A stretch of 64,000 nucleotides of DNA from Lama guanicoe (lineage: Eukaryota): NCBI GenBank assembly GCA_013239625.1, contig MU053482.1, positions 347,168 through 411,167 of the forward strand. The letters run 5' to 3'. A program made the position numbers and the translations under genes. This document shows, piece by piece, positions 44,421-56,170 of this stretch (position 1 is the stretch's first letter; each line of letters opens with the position of its first letter). The notes under the pieces were generated by a model. It had not been told where the DNA came from, ran no database searches, and saw nothing but the letters and a program-made list of their open reading frames with translations.

Positions 44421-45820
44421 GTAGCTCCTGCCTCCAGTCACCTGGAGACTCGGTACCTTTCATGCTGAAACCTTCCCCACCCCGACCCAGTGGCCCATAA
44501 GATGAGGGGCTTGTATGTGGACCACCCTACCCAATAATCAAGCTCCAGTCAGGTGACTGAAGGCTGACCAAAGCCCAGGAGGCCTGCCTGGGAGCTGCAG
44601 TATCTGTGACAAGAGAGCATAATCAGACTGCGTGGATCTCAGGGCTATGAGAAGCTACTTACTGGATTTCCCTTTCCTCCAGATCCCCACAGAGGTAGGG
44701 GAGAAAACTGAAAAGTTCTACAGCACGCCTTGGCCAAGGAACATAGGGGTGATGGTACCTGGGCTCAGACTAGATCAAAGTGCTATCAGGGGAGCTTTCT
44801 TGCCTCACACAAGGTTCAGAATTGGGCTCAACATCAGGGTGCAGCAGGGGTTTGCCTTGACCGCTCATCCACTGTGGTCCAGTGCCCAGCCCAGGTGTTC
44901 TGGTGCTTGTGAAGGAGCCTCAGGCAGGGTTCATGATTGCTCTGGGATTTGGGGCCAGGGCTACTAGACTACCCAGCATGAGGACCTGGGTCTGTATAAC
45001 ACTATTTTAAGCCTCACAAGGACTTCTTACCTTAATCCTAAACTTCTCCTAGGTCATCACACTTCTGGTGATAAGGTTTCACTGTGTCTTTGTTGAAAGG
45101 GCAAAAGTCCTTAAGCAGCCTGAAAAGGCCCAGCATGATCTACCTTACATCTGTAGTCATTCTCTAGCCACTTCCCCTTATTTTTCATTTGAAACTGAAT
45201 TACTCCCAGTTCCTACCCAGGGCCTTTACATATGTTAGCCTCTTTGCCTGGCTGTCATTTACCCACCCTTTGGGTCTCAGCTTTCAAGCTGACATCCCCC
45301 TATCCACCCCAGTCTAGGCCAGATGCCCCTCCTCTGTGCTCCCATAGCTCCCTGTATTTCTGTATCCTGGTATTTATCACTGTATTGTAGTTGCCTGGTT
45401 ACTTGCCTCTATCCCCCACTAGGCCATAAGCACTGTGGGCAGGGACCGTGTTTTGTTCCCCGATGTTTCCCTAGGGTCTTGCGCAGTGTCTGGCAAATAA
45501 AAGCACTCAGTAAATATTTGCTGTATGAATGAATGGATGATGGAGGTCAATGGGCCCAACCCTCTCTGGGCCCTGTGTTTTAAGATCCATTGCTATCTTG
45601 GTGTTAGCCTGAAGGGCAAATAAAAGATTTGGTTCCTCCTGGGGCTGGGGGAGGACAATGGGCTCTCAGACTGTTCCTGAAACCTGTGACTTCAGTCCAG
45701 CCCCAGCTCTCCTGAATTGATAGGGTTTTGGTGGATGATTAGACTGAGCATTTCTCCACCCAGACCACCCTCCTAGAGTCCCCCACAAATTGACCTCACT
45801 GGGCCTGCTTTTATGAAAGG

Positions 45821-45826
45821 TTTATT
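45821..45826 (-). terminator. ARFIP2: Probable ARFIP2 polyadenylation signal AATAAA
   Basis: First tttatt on + strand downstream of the stop, about 590 nt 3' UTR. Confidence 0.7.
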
Positions 45827-46413
45827 CCTAGTGCTAGGTCCCAATCTTCCAGGGCTCTAAGCACAATTAAACTGGGTGGGTAGGTGAGGGGAGGCCCATT
45901 CAGATGTAGGGCCAGAAGTGGGGCTCCCCATATCCCCACCCCTTTGGTCCCAGTCCCCTTCTCTGCAATGGGCACACATTGAGGAGGGACAAAGGGTATT
46001 GGAGGCAACATCATTGGCCCAGGGGAGCCCAAGAAGAGCTGCCATTGGCTGACAGGGCCTTTTGAGGCTCTGCCATTGGTCAGGGGGCACACCCCAGGAG
46101 CTGGGGATAGGCCTGAGGAGTGATGCCATTGGCCAGGGAGTGGTTTTGTCATAGCCTTTGACTGTGGAGTGGAAGAAGATCTGGGAATGAAGCCCAGTGG
46201 CCAGGAAGATAAAGGACAGGGCAGCAGCCGCTGGGCCTGCAGGGCCCCTCCCTACCCACAGCAGTGTGGGCACAACTGGTGTCAGCCCCAGCCAGGGAAA
46301 GGGAACCCAAGCCAGAGGGCAGGAGGCAAGGGATGTCCCATGCCCACATCTCCCCCACCCTGGGACTGCCCCTCCAAATGTCCTTCTTGATAGCCAGGTT
46401 GGGCTGGAGCGGC

Positions 46414-46569
46414 TCACTGCTCCTCTAGCCAGGAGGGCTTCTCGGCTCCTGGAGGCCGCAGCTTGATGTTGAACTGCTGCAGGGTCTGCTCCAGCTGTTT
46501 CTGGTTCCCAGCAAAGTAGGCTGACACGGCATTGTGGAAGAGCAGCAGCTGCTTGTGCATCACCTTGAT
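46414..46569 (-). CDS. ARFIP2: ARFIP2 last coding exon
   Basis: [51 protein letters not shown]. Confidence 0.96.
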   Translation of the reverse strand: MKVMHKQLLLFHNAVSAYFAGNQKQLEQTLQQFNIKLRPPGAEKPSWLEEQ

Positions 46570-49500
46570 CTGGAGGTCCACAAGCTCAGCTGAGACTGGA
46601 CTCAGATACCCTTCCTGAGGGGCTATGAGCCCAAGCCCAGACTAGGGGCACACGGACTCTGCTCTGATGATGCTTTTTGGAATGGGAGCTGAACTCCACC
46701 AACAGAGTGCAAGGATAAGGACTAATCTGATAGGAGACATCTGACTTGATTGGCTGGGACTGAGATTCTGGTACCCAAGCTCAAGGTCTGATTTTTCCCA
46801 GTTATGTCCCTGGGACCAGCAGCTAAATCCACCAATAGAAAAGGGCCAGGGATAGAGAGAGGGTGAGTGGAAAGGTCCAGGGGTTGAGAGGACTGGGGTA
46901 AGATCCCACTCCTTAGCCAGGCTGCATTTCCCATTCAATGATGGGGAGGGTTTCAGAGGAGTGAGGAGGTCAATGTTACAGTTGGGAAGGTGGGCTGGGT
47001 CAAAGGGGTGGGGTTGGCACCTTGTTTTCTTCCAGGAACTTGAGCTTGATGGCCACATCTCCCCGCAGCTTCTCATATTTGTCCCGATGGGCCTGGAAAG
47101 TGGCCTGAGCACTCTCGAGTCGACCACGCGTCCCTGCATCCCGAGGGCCTAGGCTCAGCTCCTCTAAGTCTGTTCGGTAGGCATCATATTCCAGCCTGGG
47201 GAGGGGGTGATACAGGCTGGTCTCCACCCCTTTGTTCTCCACACATACTCACTCGCCTTTCTTTCCTCAATCCTTAGGCCCCTAAAGCTCAAACTTCCAC
47301 CCAAGCCAGCCAACTCCCAAAACCCTAGGCCCTGCCAGTGCCCACACCTGGCAGCCTCATACTGTTTGACAGTCATGAGTGTGTCCTCCATGGTCTTGGT
47401 TACCAATGTGTTGATGCTAGAGACAAAGAAGTTCACAGCCCCTAGCAGTGTTTCTCCATTCTTGCACAGCAGCTTCTGCGTTTCTGCATTGTAGCCAAAT
47501 TCCTCCTGAGGGCAGAAGGGAGGGACAGGCCTTGAGTAACAGTCCCCACCTGACTGGAGCTGTAGCCTCCCCCCTCCCCCTGCCACCCCAGGGGAAACAG
47601 CCATTGAAACTGAAACATCCCAGGACTGCCTCCAGCAAGGCTCTCTTAGCCAGAAAGTTAGTGGGGCCATTCTGGGGATGCCTGGGGCAGGAATGTGGGA
47701 GTGGGGGTCTCAGATAAGTACGCAGGCCTAGACCAGGGAAAGCTGGTGTAGCAGGCAAGGGAGGGGCTCTGATGAGGCTGAGCACTCAAGGTATTCTGGC
47801 CAATGCAGAGAAGGGTTACTTGTGAGGCACCTAGTGTGCCGCCTCCCCCACCCCCTCCAACTTTTGGACCTCTGTACAAACCCTTAGGCCGCCTCCACAG
47901 GTGAGTGCTGCTGGGGGCAGGGCTGGGCCCACCCTGGAGGGGTTCTCCCTCTGGGCTGCAGGAGGGAGGGAGGGAGGCTGAGGGGTGACTGCCTGGGAGG
48001 GCCTGGGCCCAGTCCCCCCACCCTCTTCGGCCTGGTCGAGGCACCTGAAGCTCTGGGGACTTCTGGCTGAGGTCAGCAAAGGCGTCACCCAGTGCATGCT
48101 GGGTCTGCAGCAGGCTGTAGAGGTGGGCGGTTAGTGCCCGGCCCAGCTGCAGGACACTCTCATACTTGCGCTTCGTCTCACGCAGCAGCTCAATCTGCAG
48201 CTCTAGCTCCAGGTCCACAGTCCGGGAGCCTCGGCCAAATCGCTCTGATAACAGCTGCTTTGTGCACTGATTGGGAAGCGGGGGAACAGATCAGAGACCC
48301 TAGTACGCCGTCCCCTCCCAGCAGGTATCTATCCCAGCATCCCCAGGCTCCTAGTCTCAGCCATAGATAGGATACTAGGATCTGGAAGATAGGGAAAAGG
48401 CACCCAGGAAAGTTTGAGGGAAGGGAGAGGTGTTTGAATCTCACCTTATATGTGTTAATGCCCCATTTCTTGACAATGTCAAACTTCTCTCCAGCGATGC
48501 CCCGAGCCACCTCATCTCCGGGGCCAGCAGGAGTAGCACTGTGAGATGGATGGCGGCCAGACCCTAAAGGACCAAGTTCTTTGACACCAGCCTCTCTCAG
48601 ATACAATCAAAAACCTCTGTGGTTCCACCCATACTTCCCTCCCAGCACTGATAATGATTTCCCTGAAAGAGCATAAGCTAGAGACAAATAGATTCTCCTA
48701 TCCAACTAGGAGGAACTCATACTTTGTGCCCTGACACTCAAATCCCAATATATATCAGCCTCCTTTTGAGGTGGTGGTGGTGGTTGGAGAAGGAGGGAAG
48801 AGGGAGTTGCTAGTGGACAGGGGCAGAGGAAACAGCCGAAAATAGGCTGAGTACAGAGTGGCTGATCAAGAATGGTGGGTCCAACAAACAGAAACCCGGT
48901 TGACATTCTCATGTGGAATCCTTGTCAGTGTGAGATTCCAGGCTGTTTGTTCCTCTAAACATTAGAGTGTAAAGTAGAACTCTGAAAAGCCTCACAAAGT
49001 TCCAAATAAGATTCGGGCTCCAGAGCAGGGGAATGGTCTGTGAAACAGAGTTCTTCTTTCAACTCAGGTGGTAACAGCAGAGAAAGGACCCATGAGCGTA
49101 TCTCGGGGACTATATGGCAAATGGAAGCAGATGGACAACCCTGGGAATGGGCCTTGGGCTGAGATTCCATAGGGTTCATACTGGCAGAGGTTCCCAGGAT
49201 CTCTAGACAGAATTCAAGCCTTCTTAGACACATCCTATGATCCCTAGAACCATCCCTCTCCCCCTCTCCACTCAAGCTCCCTGTCCTGTTCTGATCATTC
49301 ATACCTGTGGGGATGAGTCCATCACCAGAGCCCCCATAGCCACCAGACACAATGCTGGTTTCATTGAGGTTGGGTCCTGACACCATCACCTGCTGGAGGT
49401 CCTATAGGCCAGAGAAGAGGGGGGCTTCAGGAACAGAGGGGCAGCTGAAGCATTTTGGGGGTGAAAACAAGCTTGGATTGAAGCATCAGAGAGAGAGCAC

Positions 49501-49753
49501 ACAAGGGACGTCTGCACAGAATCAGAACAAAGATTTGTAAAAAGATTGAAGGGAGTCACGTAAGTTCAGGGAAGGCTACTGGGGTGCAAGCTCAGGGTTT
49601 ATGAGTTGGGATTCCTCAACCAAAACAACATGGAGAAGAATCGAACAGAAGCACCTGCTCCAGCCCATCATCCTCAGGAAGCTGCCCAGCTTCACCGTTC
49701 CCGTGGATGGGGATCTCCATTGTGGCTGCCTTCCCTAGGATCCCGTCCGTCAT
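46414..49753 (-). CDS. ARFIP2: Arfaptin-2 (AH/BAR domain), 1026-nt CDS, 341 aa
   Basis: Coding exons 49655-49753, 49305-49401, 48445-48563, 48045-48266, 47348-47505, 47021-47195, 46414-46569; [18 protein letters not shown]...[13 protein letters not shown]. Confidence 0.98.
47021..47195 (-). CDS. ARFIP2: ARFIP2 coding exon 6
   Basis: [58 protein letters not shown]. Confidence 0.96.
47348..47505 (-). CDS. ARFIP2: ARFIP2 coding exon 5
   Basis: [52 protein letters not shown]. Confidence 0.96.
48045..48266 (-). CDS. ARFIP2: ARFIP2 coding exon 4
   Basis: [35 protein letters not shown]...QKSPELQ. Confidence 0.96.
48445..48563 (-). CDS. ARFIP2: ARFIP2 coding exon 3
   Basis: [40 protein letters not shown]. 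Confidence 0.95.
49305..49401 (-). CDS. ARFIP2: ARFIP2 coding exon 2
   Basis: [32 protein letters not shown]. Confidence 0.96.
49655..49753 (-). CDS. ARFIP2: ARFIP2 first coding exon (acceptor at 49795)
   Basis: [33 protein letters not shown]. Confidence 0.96.
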
Positions 49754-50587
49754 GGCGAGCGAAGAGACCGGAGTCAAAGTCTCCACCCCAGCGCCCTGCA
49801 AAGCCCAATACAGACACTTCTGGAAATTGGCCAGTACTCCAAAGAGGAAGATCTCCCCTGCCATTTCTGAGGTTCCCAGGGCTTCAGTGTTCTGGGGTTT
49901 GGACATCACTCTTTCCTTAGCTCTATGTATATCTCCCCTCCAAGGTACATGCTTCTATACACGCACACCCAGGCCACAGGTGTGCCTAACCTGAGATCAT
50001 GTTCTCATGGCCCACCTCCCCCACCCCCACCCCACTCAGGACTCCAGTGATCATTCATGCATTCAGTCCTTCAACAGACATTTAATGAGTGCCGACCATG
50101 TGCACTATTTGAGGCAGTGAACACGAGATAAAGTCTGTGCTCTCAAGAAGCTTATCCCCATGCAGGTGTTTCCCCTGATCAGGAGGTGAACCCCTTTCCA
50201 GGGCTCAGGTGTCTACCTATCCCCCCACTTCAGGTAAGTTCTCCATTGCTTGGCCTTCCACACTTCTTTACTGTTTCTTCCCTTTCCTGCAGGTGGTCTC
50301 CCCCTCCTCCATCCCATGCACCTCCTTTTCCTCGGGCCCTCCCCTTCAGGCCTTAGTTGAATCAGTTGGTTTAAGTTCCCGACCTCTGGCAAAAGCCTCT
50401 CTTTCCCAGGACATATGTGATCTCTTCCAAAGTCAGTTATGTCTCCCCAGGTGTGAGTCTCCGCCCTCCCCCCACATACACCTGGGCATCAGGTGTGTTC
50501 TCATCCTTCCCCAGGGCTCAGAGGCATCCTGACCTCAGGTCAGGTTCGTGCATTCAACTTGCTCTCGCCCATGCATGTCCCTCTCAC

Positions 50588-50884
50588 CTCGGGCCGGGCC
50601 GCTCTTCCCCTCAGGGCGCCAGGCCCGGGCCGCGCGGGGACCTCGGGATCCAGTTCCCTTCGCGATCCTAGCAGCAGGTCAGGGATTCGGCGGAAGTGGC
50701 GTCCTCTCCCGGGCAGAAGAAGCCGGCCACGTCGCAAATGATAAGGGCGGAAGTGACGTCGGCAGCAGGGGCCGGACGATCCTTGAGCCAACCCCGCTGT
50801 CTCTGGGGAGTCACAAGAGGTCACTTCCGGGGCGTTACCTAGAAGTTGTAACGGAAGTGACGTAGGGCACGCGCCCTTGGCGCG
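50588..50884. promoter_or_regulatory. ARFIP2/TIMM10B bidirectional CpG-island promoter, including ARFIP2 non-coding exon 1 (donor at 50588/50587)
   Basis: CpG-rich; four CGGAAGTG ETS motifs (50691, 50748, 50822 reverse, 50852); under 300 bp between ARFIP2 exon 1 donor GAG|gtgaga and TIMM10B ATG. Confidence 0.88.
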
Positions 50885-51561
50885 ATGGAGCAGCAGCAGC
50901 AGCAGCAGCAACAGCAGTTGAGAAACGTGAGTGGGAGCAGAGTCGCTATAGGGCCATACGTTTACCTAGCATCCTTGTCAGCGTGGCGGGAACCCCAAAG
51001 AGCCAGGCATCCGAGGGGTGAGAACGTCGGGCCTTGGTGCGCGGTGCTGGGAACCTCGGGCGGTGCGGCCTTGAGTTGAGATACGGTCCTCTTCTTCGCT
51101 GAATTCCTTGTCCCCTTCCCTCCCAGCTGCGGGACTTCCTGTTGGTCTACAATCGGATGACGGAACTCTGCTTCCAGCGCTGCGTGCCCAGCCTGCACCA
51201 CCGAGCTCTGGATGCTGAGGAGGTTAGGTGGGGAACTGAGTAGGGAGCTTACCCCCGGTCCTCAAGAGTTAACCACAGGCTACTTGACTCTCCCCCGCGC
51301 TTCCCCGACCTCTAGCCCTGGCCTAGGCGAGGGATGGGAAAGAAGGAGTCGGACCTGACAGAACACCTTTGGTCTTCCTTCCAGGAGGCCTGTCTGCACC
51401 GCTGTGCTGGGAAGCTGATCCATTCCAACCACCGCCTCATGGCCGCTTACGTGCAGCTCATGCCTGCCCTGGTACAGCGCCGCATCGCCGACTACGAGGC
51501 TGCCTCAGCTATGCCAGGTGCTGCTGCTGAACAGTCCGAAACCTCGCCATCAGGCAGCTAG
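50885..51561 (+). CDS. TIMM10B: Mitochondrial small Tim chaperone Tim10B (FXC1), 3 exons, 104 aa
   Basis: Exons 50885-50926, 51127-51222, 51385-51561; ME(Q9)[22 protein letters not shown]...[22 protein letters not shown]; twin CX3C motif. Confidence 0.97.
50891..50917 (+). repeat. TIMM10B: (CAG)6 CAA (CAG)2 coding trinucleotide repeat, polyQ9
   Basis: Read directly after ATG GAG. Confidence 0.95.
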
Positions 51562-51702
51562 CCCTGCCCAACCCCAGGAAGGGAGGCACTGGATGGACCC
51601 TCAGATTGAAGGAACCAGTGGACCTTGGGCTAGGTGCAGCCTGGGTATAGAAAGCGAGGGGTTGCCTGAGAGCTGGGTACTGTTGCTCCTTTTCCTGGAG
51701 CT

Positions 51703-51708
51703 AATAAA
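51703..51708 (+). terminator. TIMM10B: Proximal TIMM10B polyadenylation signal AATAAA
   Basis: AATAAA about 140 nt after stop, followed by a U/GU-rich tract. Confidence 0.7.
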
Positions 51709-53869
51709 CCCGCTTTTACTCTGTTTGGTTTATATAATGGGCAGGGAAGCTTTGCCCACTTTATTGGCACCATTCTTTTTATTCTGTCAGTGCTTCAGCC
51801 CTGGCAGCAGAGAAATTGCCTTCTATGTGTAGAAAGTAAACCTCAACATTCCCAAACACCTGCTTAAAGTAAGGTCCTGTGGCAGTAGCAACAGGAAGTT
51901 GGTTCCTGCCCAGATGACAGAGAAAATGGGAGCTCTGCCCATCTAGCTGACCTTAACTTAAATCTATCTGACTTAAATGGCTCACTTAAGAGATATCTAG
52001 GAACAACAAATTAGGAAACTACAGGCCTTTTAGGCACTACCTCCTGGGAAGTCAGTAGCCTCAGACAGAGCTAAAACCTGTAAGAATTCTGGAGTGTTCT
52101 GGAACTTCAACTATTTCCCTGAGTTGTTACTTTCTTACTCTTTTCTGTCTTCCAGGATAAGCAGTAAAACCTTTTATCAAAGAAGGTATGTGTGCTTGTT
52201 TTCAGGAGCAGTCAGAAAGGGGAAAACTTGGGGAACTGTATTCTGCAACACAGACTTGAGGGAGAGAAACCCAAGGGAGAAGTAGATGGTGGTGGTTATG
52301 GGGAAAAAAGGAGGAAAGCAAAATCTTAAAGACTTATTGACTGTTACCTTAATGTCTGCTACTTGTCTATAATCTCCTAATTCTAGCTCTTCCTCCCCCT
52401 GCCGCCTATTGTTCCCACTGTGCTTCTTCTGTGATTTCTCATTCCACCCTCTCTGTTCTTTCCTCATAATCGCCCTTCCCGTTGTTGAATTTACTTCTGT
52501 ATTCAGCAGTCTGAATGGCCTATCACACCATCACCGAATTTTCTTTCCACTCTTGCATCCTTTTTGTATCATCCCAGCTGTTTTAACTTTGCTGCTCTTC
52601 CATTCACACTGTTAGAGAAAAACAGCTGTATATTGAATGCCACTAAATATATTGAATGCCACTAAGATCTCTAGCTGCAACCAAGCCCTTACTACCATTA
52701 AGCAACCCTTTGTGGGTTCCTGGTCTATTTGCTCTCTTAGTCACCACAGTAGTTATTTTATACCTTCACTGCTGCTCTCCCTAATCCCCCACCTCACCCT
52801 CAGCTCTTCCCCATCAGGTGACCATGTTTCATTTTTTAAATGGAAATGGAAGCTCTTAGACATTGGCTCCCATAATAGTAACTAAAAAACAAAAACAGAA
52901 ACTTAAGAACTACCCAGAGAGCAGATGTTTTTCCCCCCCTGGGCAGATCAGGAAGTTGAAATTCTCTAGTAGCAGACCCTGTCTGAAAATGCAGATATGA
53001 CTTTAAAATCCATGTTTCCTTTACTATACCAGGTTTGCCTTTCAAAATATCTATTGAGCACCCACTTTGTGTGGGTTCTGATGCTGGTATTACCCAATAT
53101 AACAGATGAGGAAACAAGAATTCAGTTGTACCAGGAGAGCTCACCTTATATACAGTTACCTATTGAGGGAGGTGGAATAAAGTCCTCTCCTTGGAAGATA
53201 CAAATGCGGGTAAAAGAGCTGGTGAACTGAATTCTCAGTGACAGGGATGGGGACCTGGGATATTGCGCTGCTGGTGGGAGGATTCTTCCACGTTAACATT
53301 TGTGTTTATATCCTTGCAATAAACTTCCATTGTGAATTATCTGTGTTTCCATGTCACATAATTAGTAATTGCTGGAGAGGGACTAGGAACATAGATCTGA
53401 GTCTAAAGCTTATGTTCTTTGAACTTCAGAGCTCATTTGTGCTTGCTCATCTGCACCCAGCCTGTCGCTGGGCATGGGAAAACAAGTGTCCCTTAGTCTA
53501 GTCCACCAGTTAGTCCCTCAACTCTAACATCTCTTCTTTCCTCTCTGTCTATAAATGTGTTCAGTACTTAGGAGAAAAACCTTATTCGTTCTGTCTTCCA
53601 TAGTCACTGAAGGCTCCCTCAGGACTTACTATGGAAGTGTTAGCCATTGGCATAATGAGAGCAATGTGATGTTCCAAGCACAACACAAGGATAAACACTG
53701 ACAAAGCTTTATCCCTTTATCACAAACACATATTGGAGACAGGGTTGTTCCAGACCTTGTGGCTTCACAACTTGAACTAAACAACTTTAGTGGACCTTGT
53801 GGCCCACTTCTTTGCAAAGTGATTCCTTTGAGCCTATTCAGCTATATCACCCTGTCTCATAACTTGTCC

Positions 53870-56170
53870 TTAGTAACTGCCACTCTCTTACTTCCCTCTC
53901 GATAGCTAGTCTTTGGTCTTCCCATCCACCTCTTGGTAATTTAATGTTACAATGACAGTCTTTCCAATGTTTTGGTCTCTTAGTTCCTTGACCTAGTCTC
54001 CAAAGATTTCCACCCTGTCTTAGCCACTCATTCCCTTAGTCATATCCTGATCATTGTCACCACCCAGACTGCTCCATCTTCAAAACACTTGCATCTTATT
54101 CACTGACTGTATTCCTTCCACTTTGTTTGTTGAGCTATTCCTCTACCACTTTTTTATTTCACGGGATCATTCAGGCCATTGCTTCTACCTTCTTTCCATT
54201 AACACCTTATCTTTAGATTCCAATCAAGTTTAAAGTCTAGTCATTCTCTTGGAATAGGCTTAATTTCCTTGTCTCACCTCTCTTTGTTGGACTTGGATAA
54301 AAGGAAACATTAGTGCCTACATTTGGACATCTAAAAGGCACCCAAGGAAAATCACTAAAGAGCAGATTTATATCACTATGAATTCATGGTTATCAACTTT
54401 AAATGGAGTCTGGGCCCCTGTAATCCCACTTAATTTTTCTAGCCGTCTTTCCTCTTCCCTGCAATGACTATTTCAAACCAATATTCTTAAGCCTCGTATT
54501 ATTCCTACCATTCTCACTTTCTGTAGGTCCCCTTATTTTTAATTCATAGGCAAAGTAGAAGCTGTCCATTGGGAACTCCTGCAACATCTTGCAGCCCAAA
54601 GCTTGGTCACCCACCTACATTGTTACCGTGCTCTCTTTCCCTCCTGTCTAAACAGGACAAGCATCCCTCTTAAGGTCAGTGCTCATTCCTGTGCTCTGAA
54701 TCCTAGTCCTTCTTTGGGGATCTCTGGCTTTTCGCCACTTTACTAAATTCTTCTCATCAGTGTTTAATGTGCTAAAGTCTCATTACAACAAACAAACCAC
54801 TCTACCTCATTTCGCCTCCAGTTACCATCCAGTTTTTTCCCCATTTTGTAGCTAAACTTCTCAAAACCTCTAAACTTCTCCCCCCAGAAAAGTTGAATAC
54901 TTTGGCCCTCTCCACTCCCATGCCTCATCCCAGTCTGTTTTGACTTCTACAAAACCTTTAGTCTATTGAAATGGTTCTTACTGAGGTCCCCCTAGCTCAC
55001 CAAGTGACCATCGTATCCCTGAATCCAGTGGTTATTGCCCTCAGCTTATTTCCTCGGCCCACTTCACTTCTCAGTGGCATCTGGTACTATTGACTAGTTC
55101 CTCATCAGCACTCATAGGTGTCTATGATTCCACTCTCATGGTTTTACTAGAACCTCTGGCCTCCTTTGCAGGAGTCCTTAGGCTCCTTTGCAGGCTTACT
55201 GGCCTCCAACCTTTAAATCTAAAGGTATCTCTAAGCCCCATTCTTTCTCAATCTAATTTTTCTGCGATTGTGTCATCCCCACTCTGAGCTCTAGTTGCTA
55301 ATGACCTTCAGATCTCTCCTCCGGGCTGCTTGATTGACATCTCTACTTTGGTGTTTCAGAAACATCCCACCAAGCTCAGCAGGTTTCCTCATAAACTTTG
55401 CTCCTGTGCCTAGTACTCAACCAGTTGCAGAAGCTAGAAACCTTACTTACCCGTTCACTCAATTGCCAAATCCTATCCGTTTACATTTCTAAAAATCCCT
55501 AAATTCTGCTGCCTCTCTTATCTTCACAATCTCCCACCAGGATTATTCCAATTCCTGCTACTTCCCGTATCCAGTTGTGCACCCCTCCAACCTAGTCTCC
55601 ATCCATTGGCCAGAAGACACAAACTGATGCTTAAAACCTTGCAATAGCTTCCAATTCTTCTTAGGATTAAAAACTGACATTCTACGCATGACCTACAAGA
55701 TCTTGCGTGATCTAGCCACTGCCTACCTCAGTCCTACCTTGATCTTATCAATGATTGTCAACACTGGACAGTTAATACTGTTTGTTGAATTGAACTAAAT
55801 TGAATTGAACCACACCTCACTCTCCCTCTCTCTGCTCTGACCACACTGGCCTTTCAGTTCCTCTAACCTGTCATACACTAGTCCATCTCAGGGCCTTTGT
55901 ACTTGCTGTTTCCTGGCCTGTAATGCTTTCCCCCTTACTTGACCTACTGAGCTTCTACTCATTCTGGAGTACTTAGTTGAAATACTGTTTCCTCAAATAA
56001 CTTCCCAGACCCCAGCTCCCATAATTCCTCATGTTTTTGGCATGTAGCACTTGTACATTTGGTAATTATACACCCCGTGGGGTCAGAGTCCTTGTCTGCA
56101 TTGCTCACCATTGTATCCTTATCACAGTGCCTGGCACATGAAAGTGCTTGATAAATCTTTGTTGAATGCA
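53870..56170 (+). mobile_element. Long decayed L2 element
   Basis: Pyrimidine-rich L2 ORF2-like remnant ending in acagtgcctggcacatgaaagtgcttgataaatctttgttgaatg. Confidence 0.6.

Noticed and set aside
52629..52665. 19-bp-period tandem duplication (tatattgaatgccactaa x2); similar small repeats at 15601-15633 and 43681-43708
   Set aside because: Ordinary slippage-type micro-duplications; no spacer structure, not CRISPR-like
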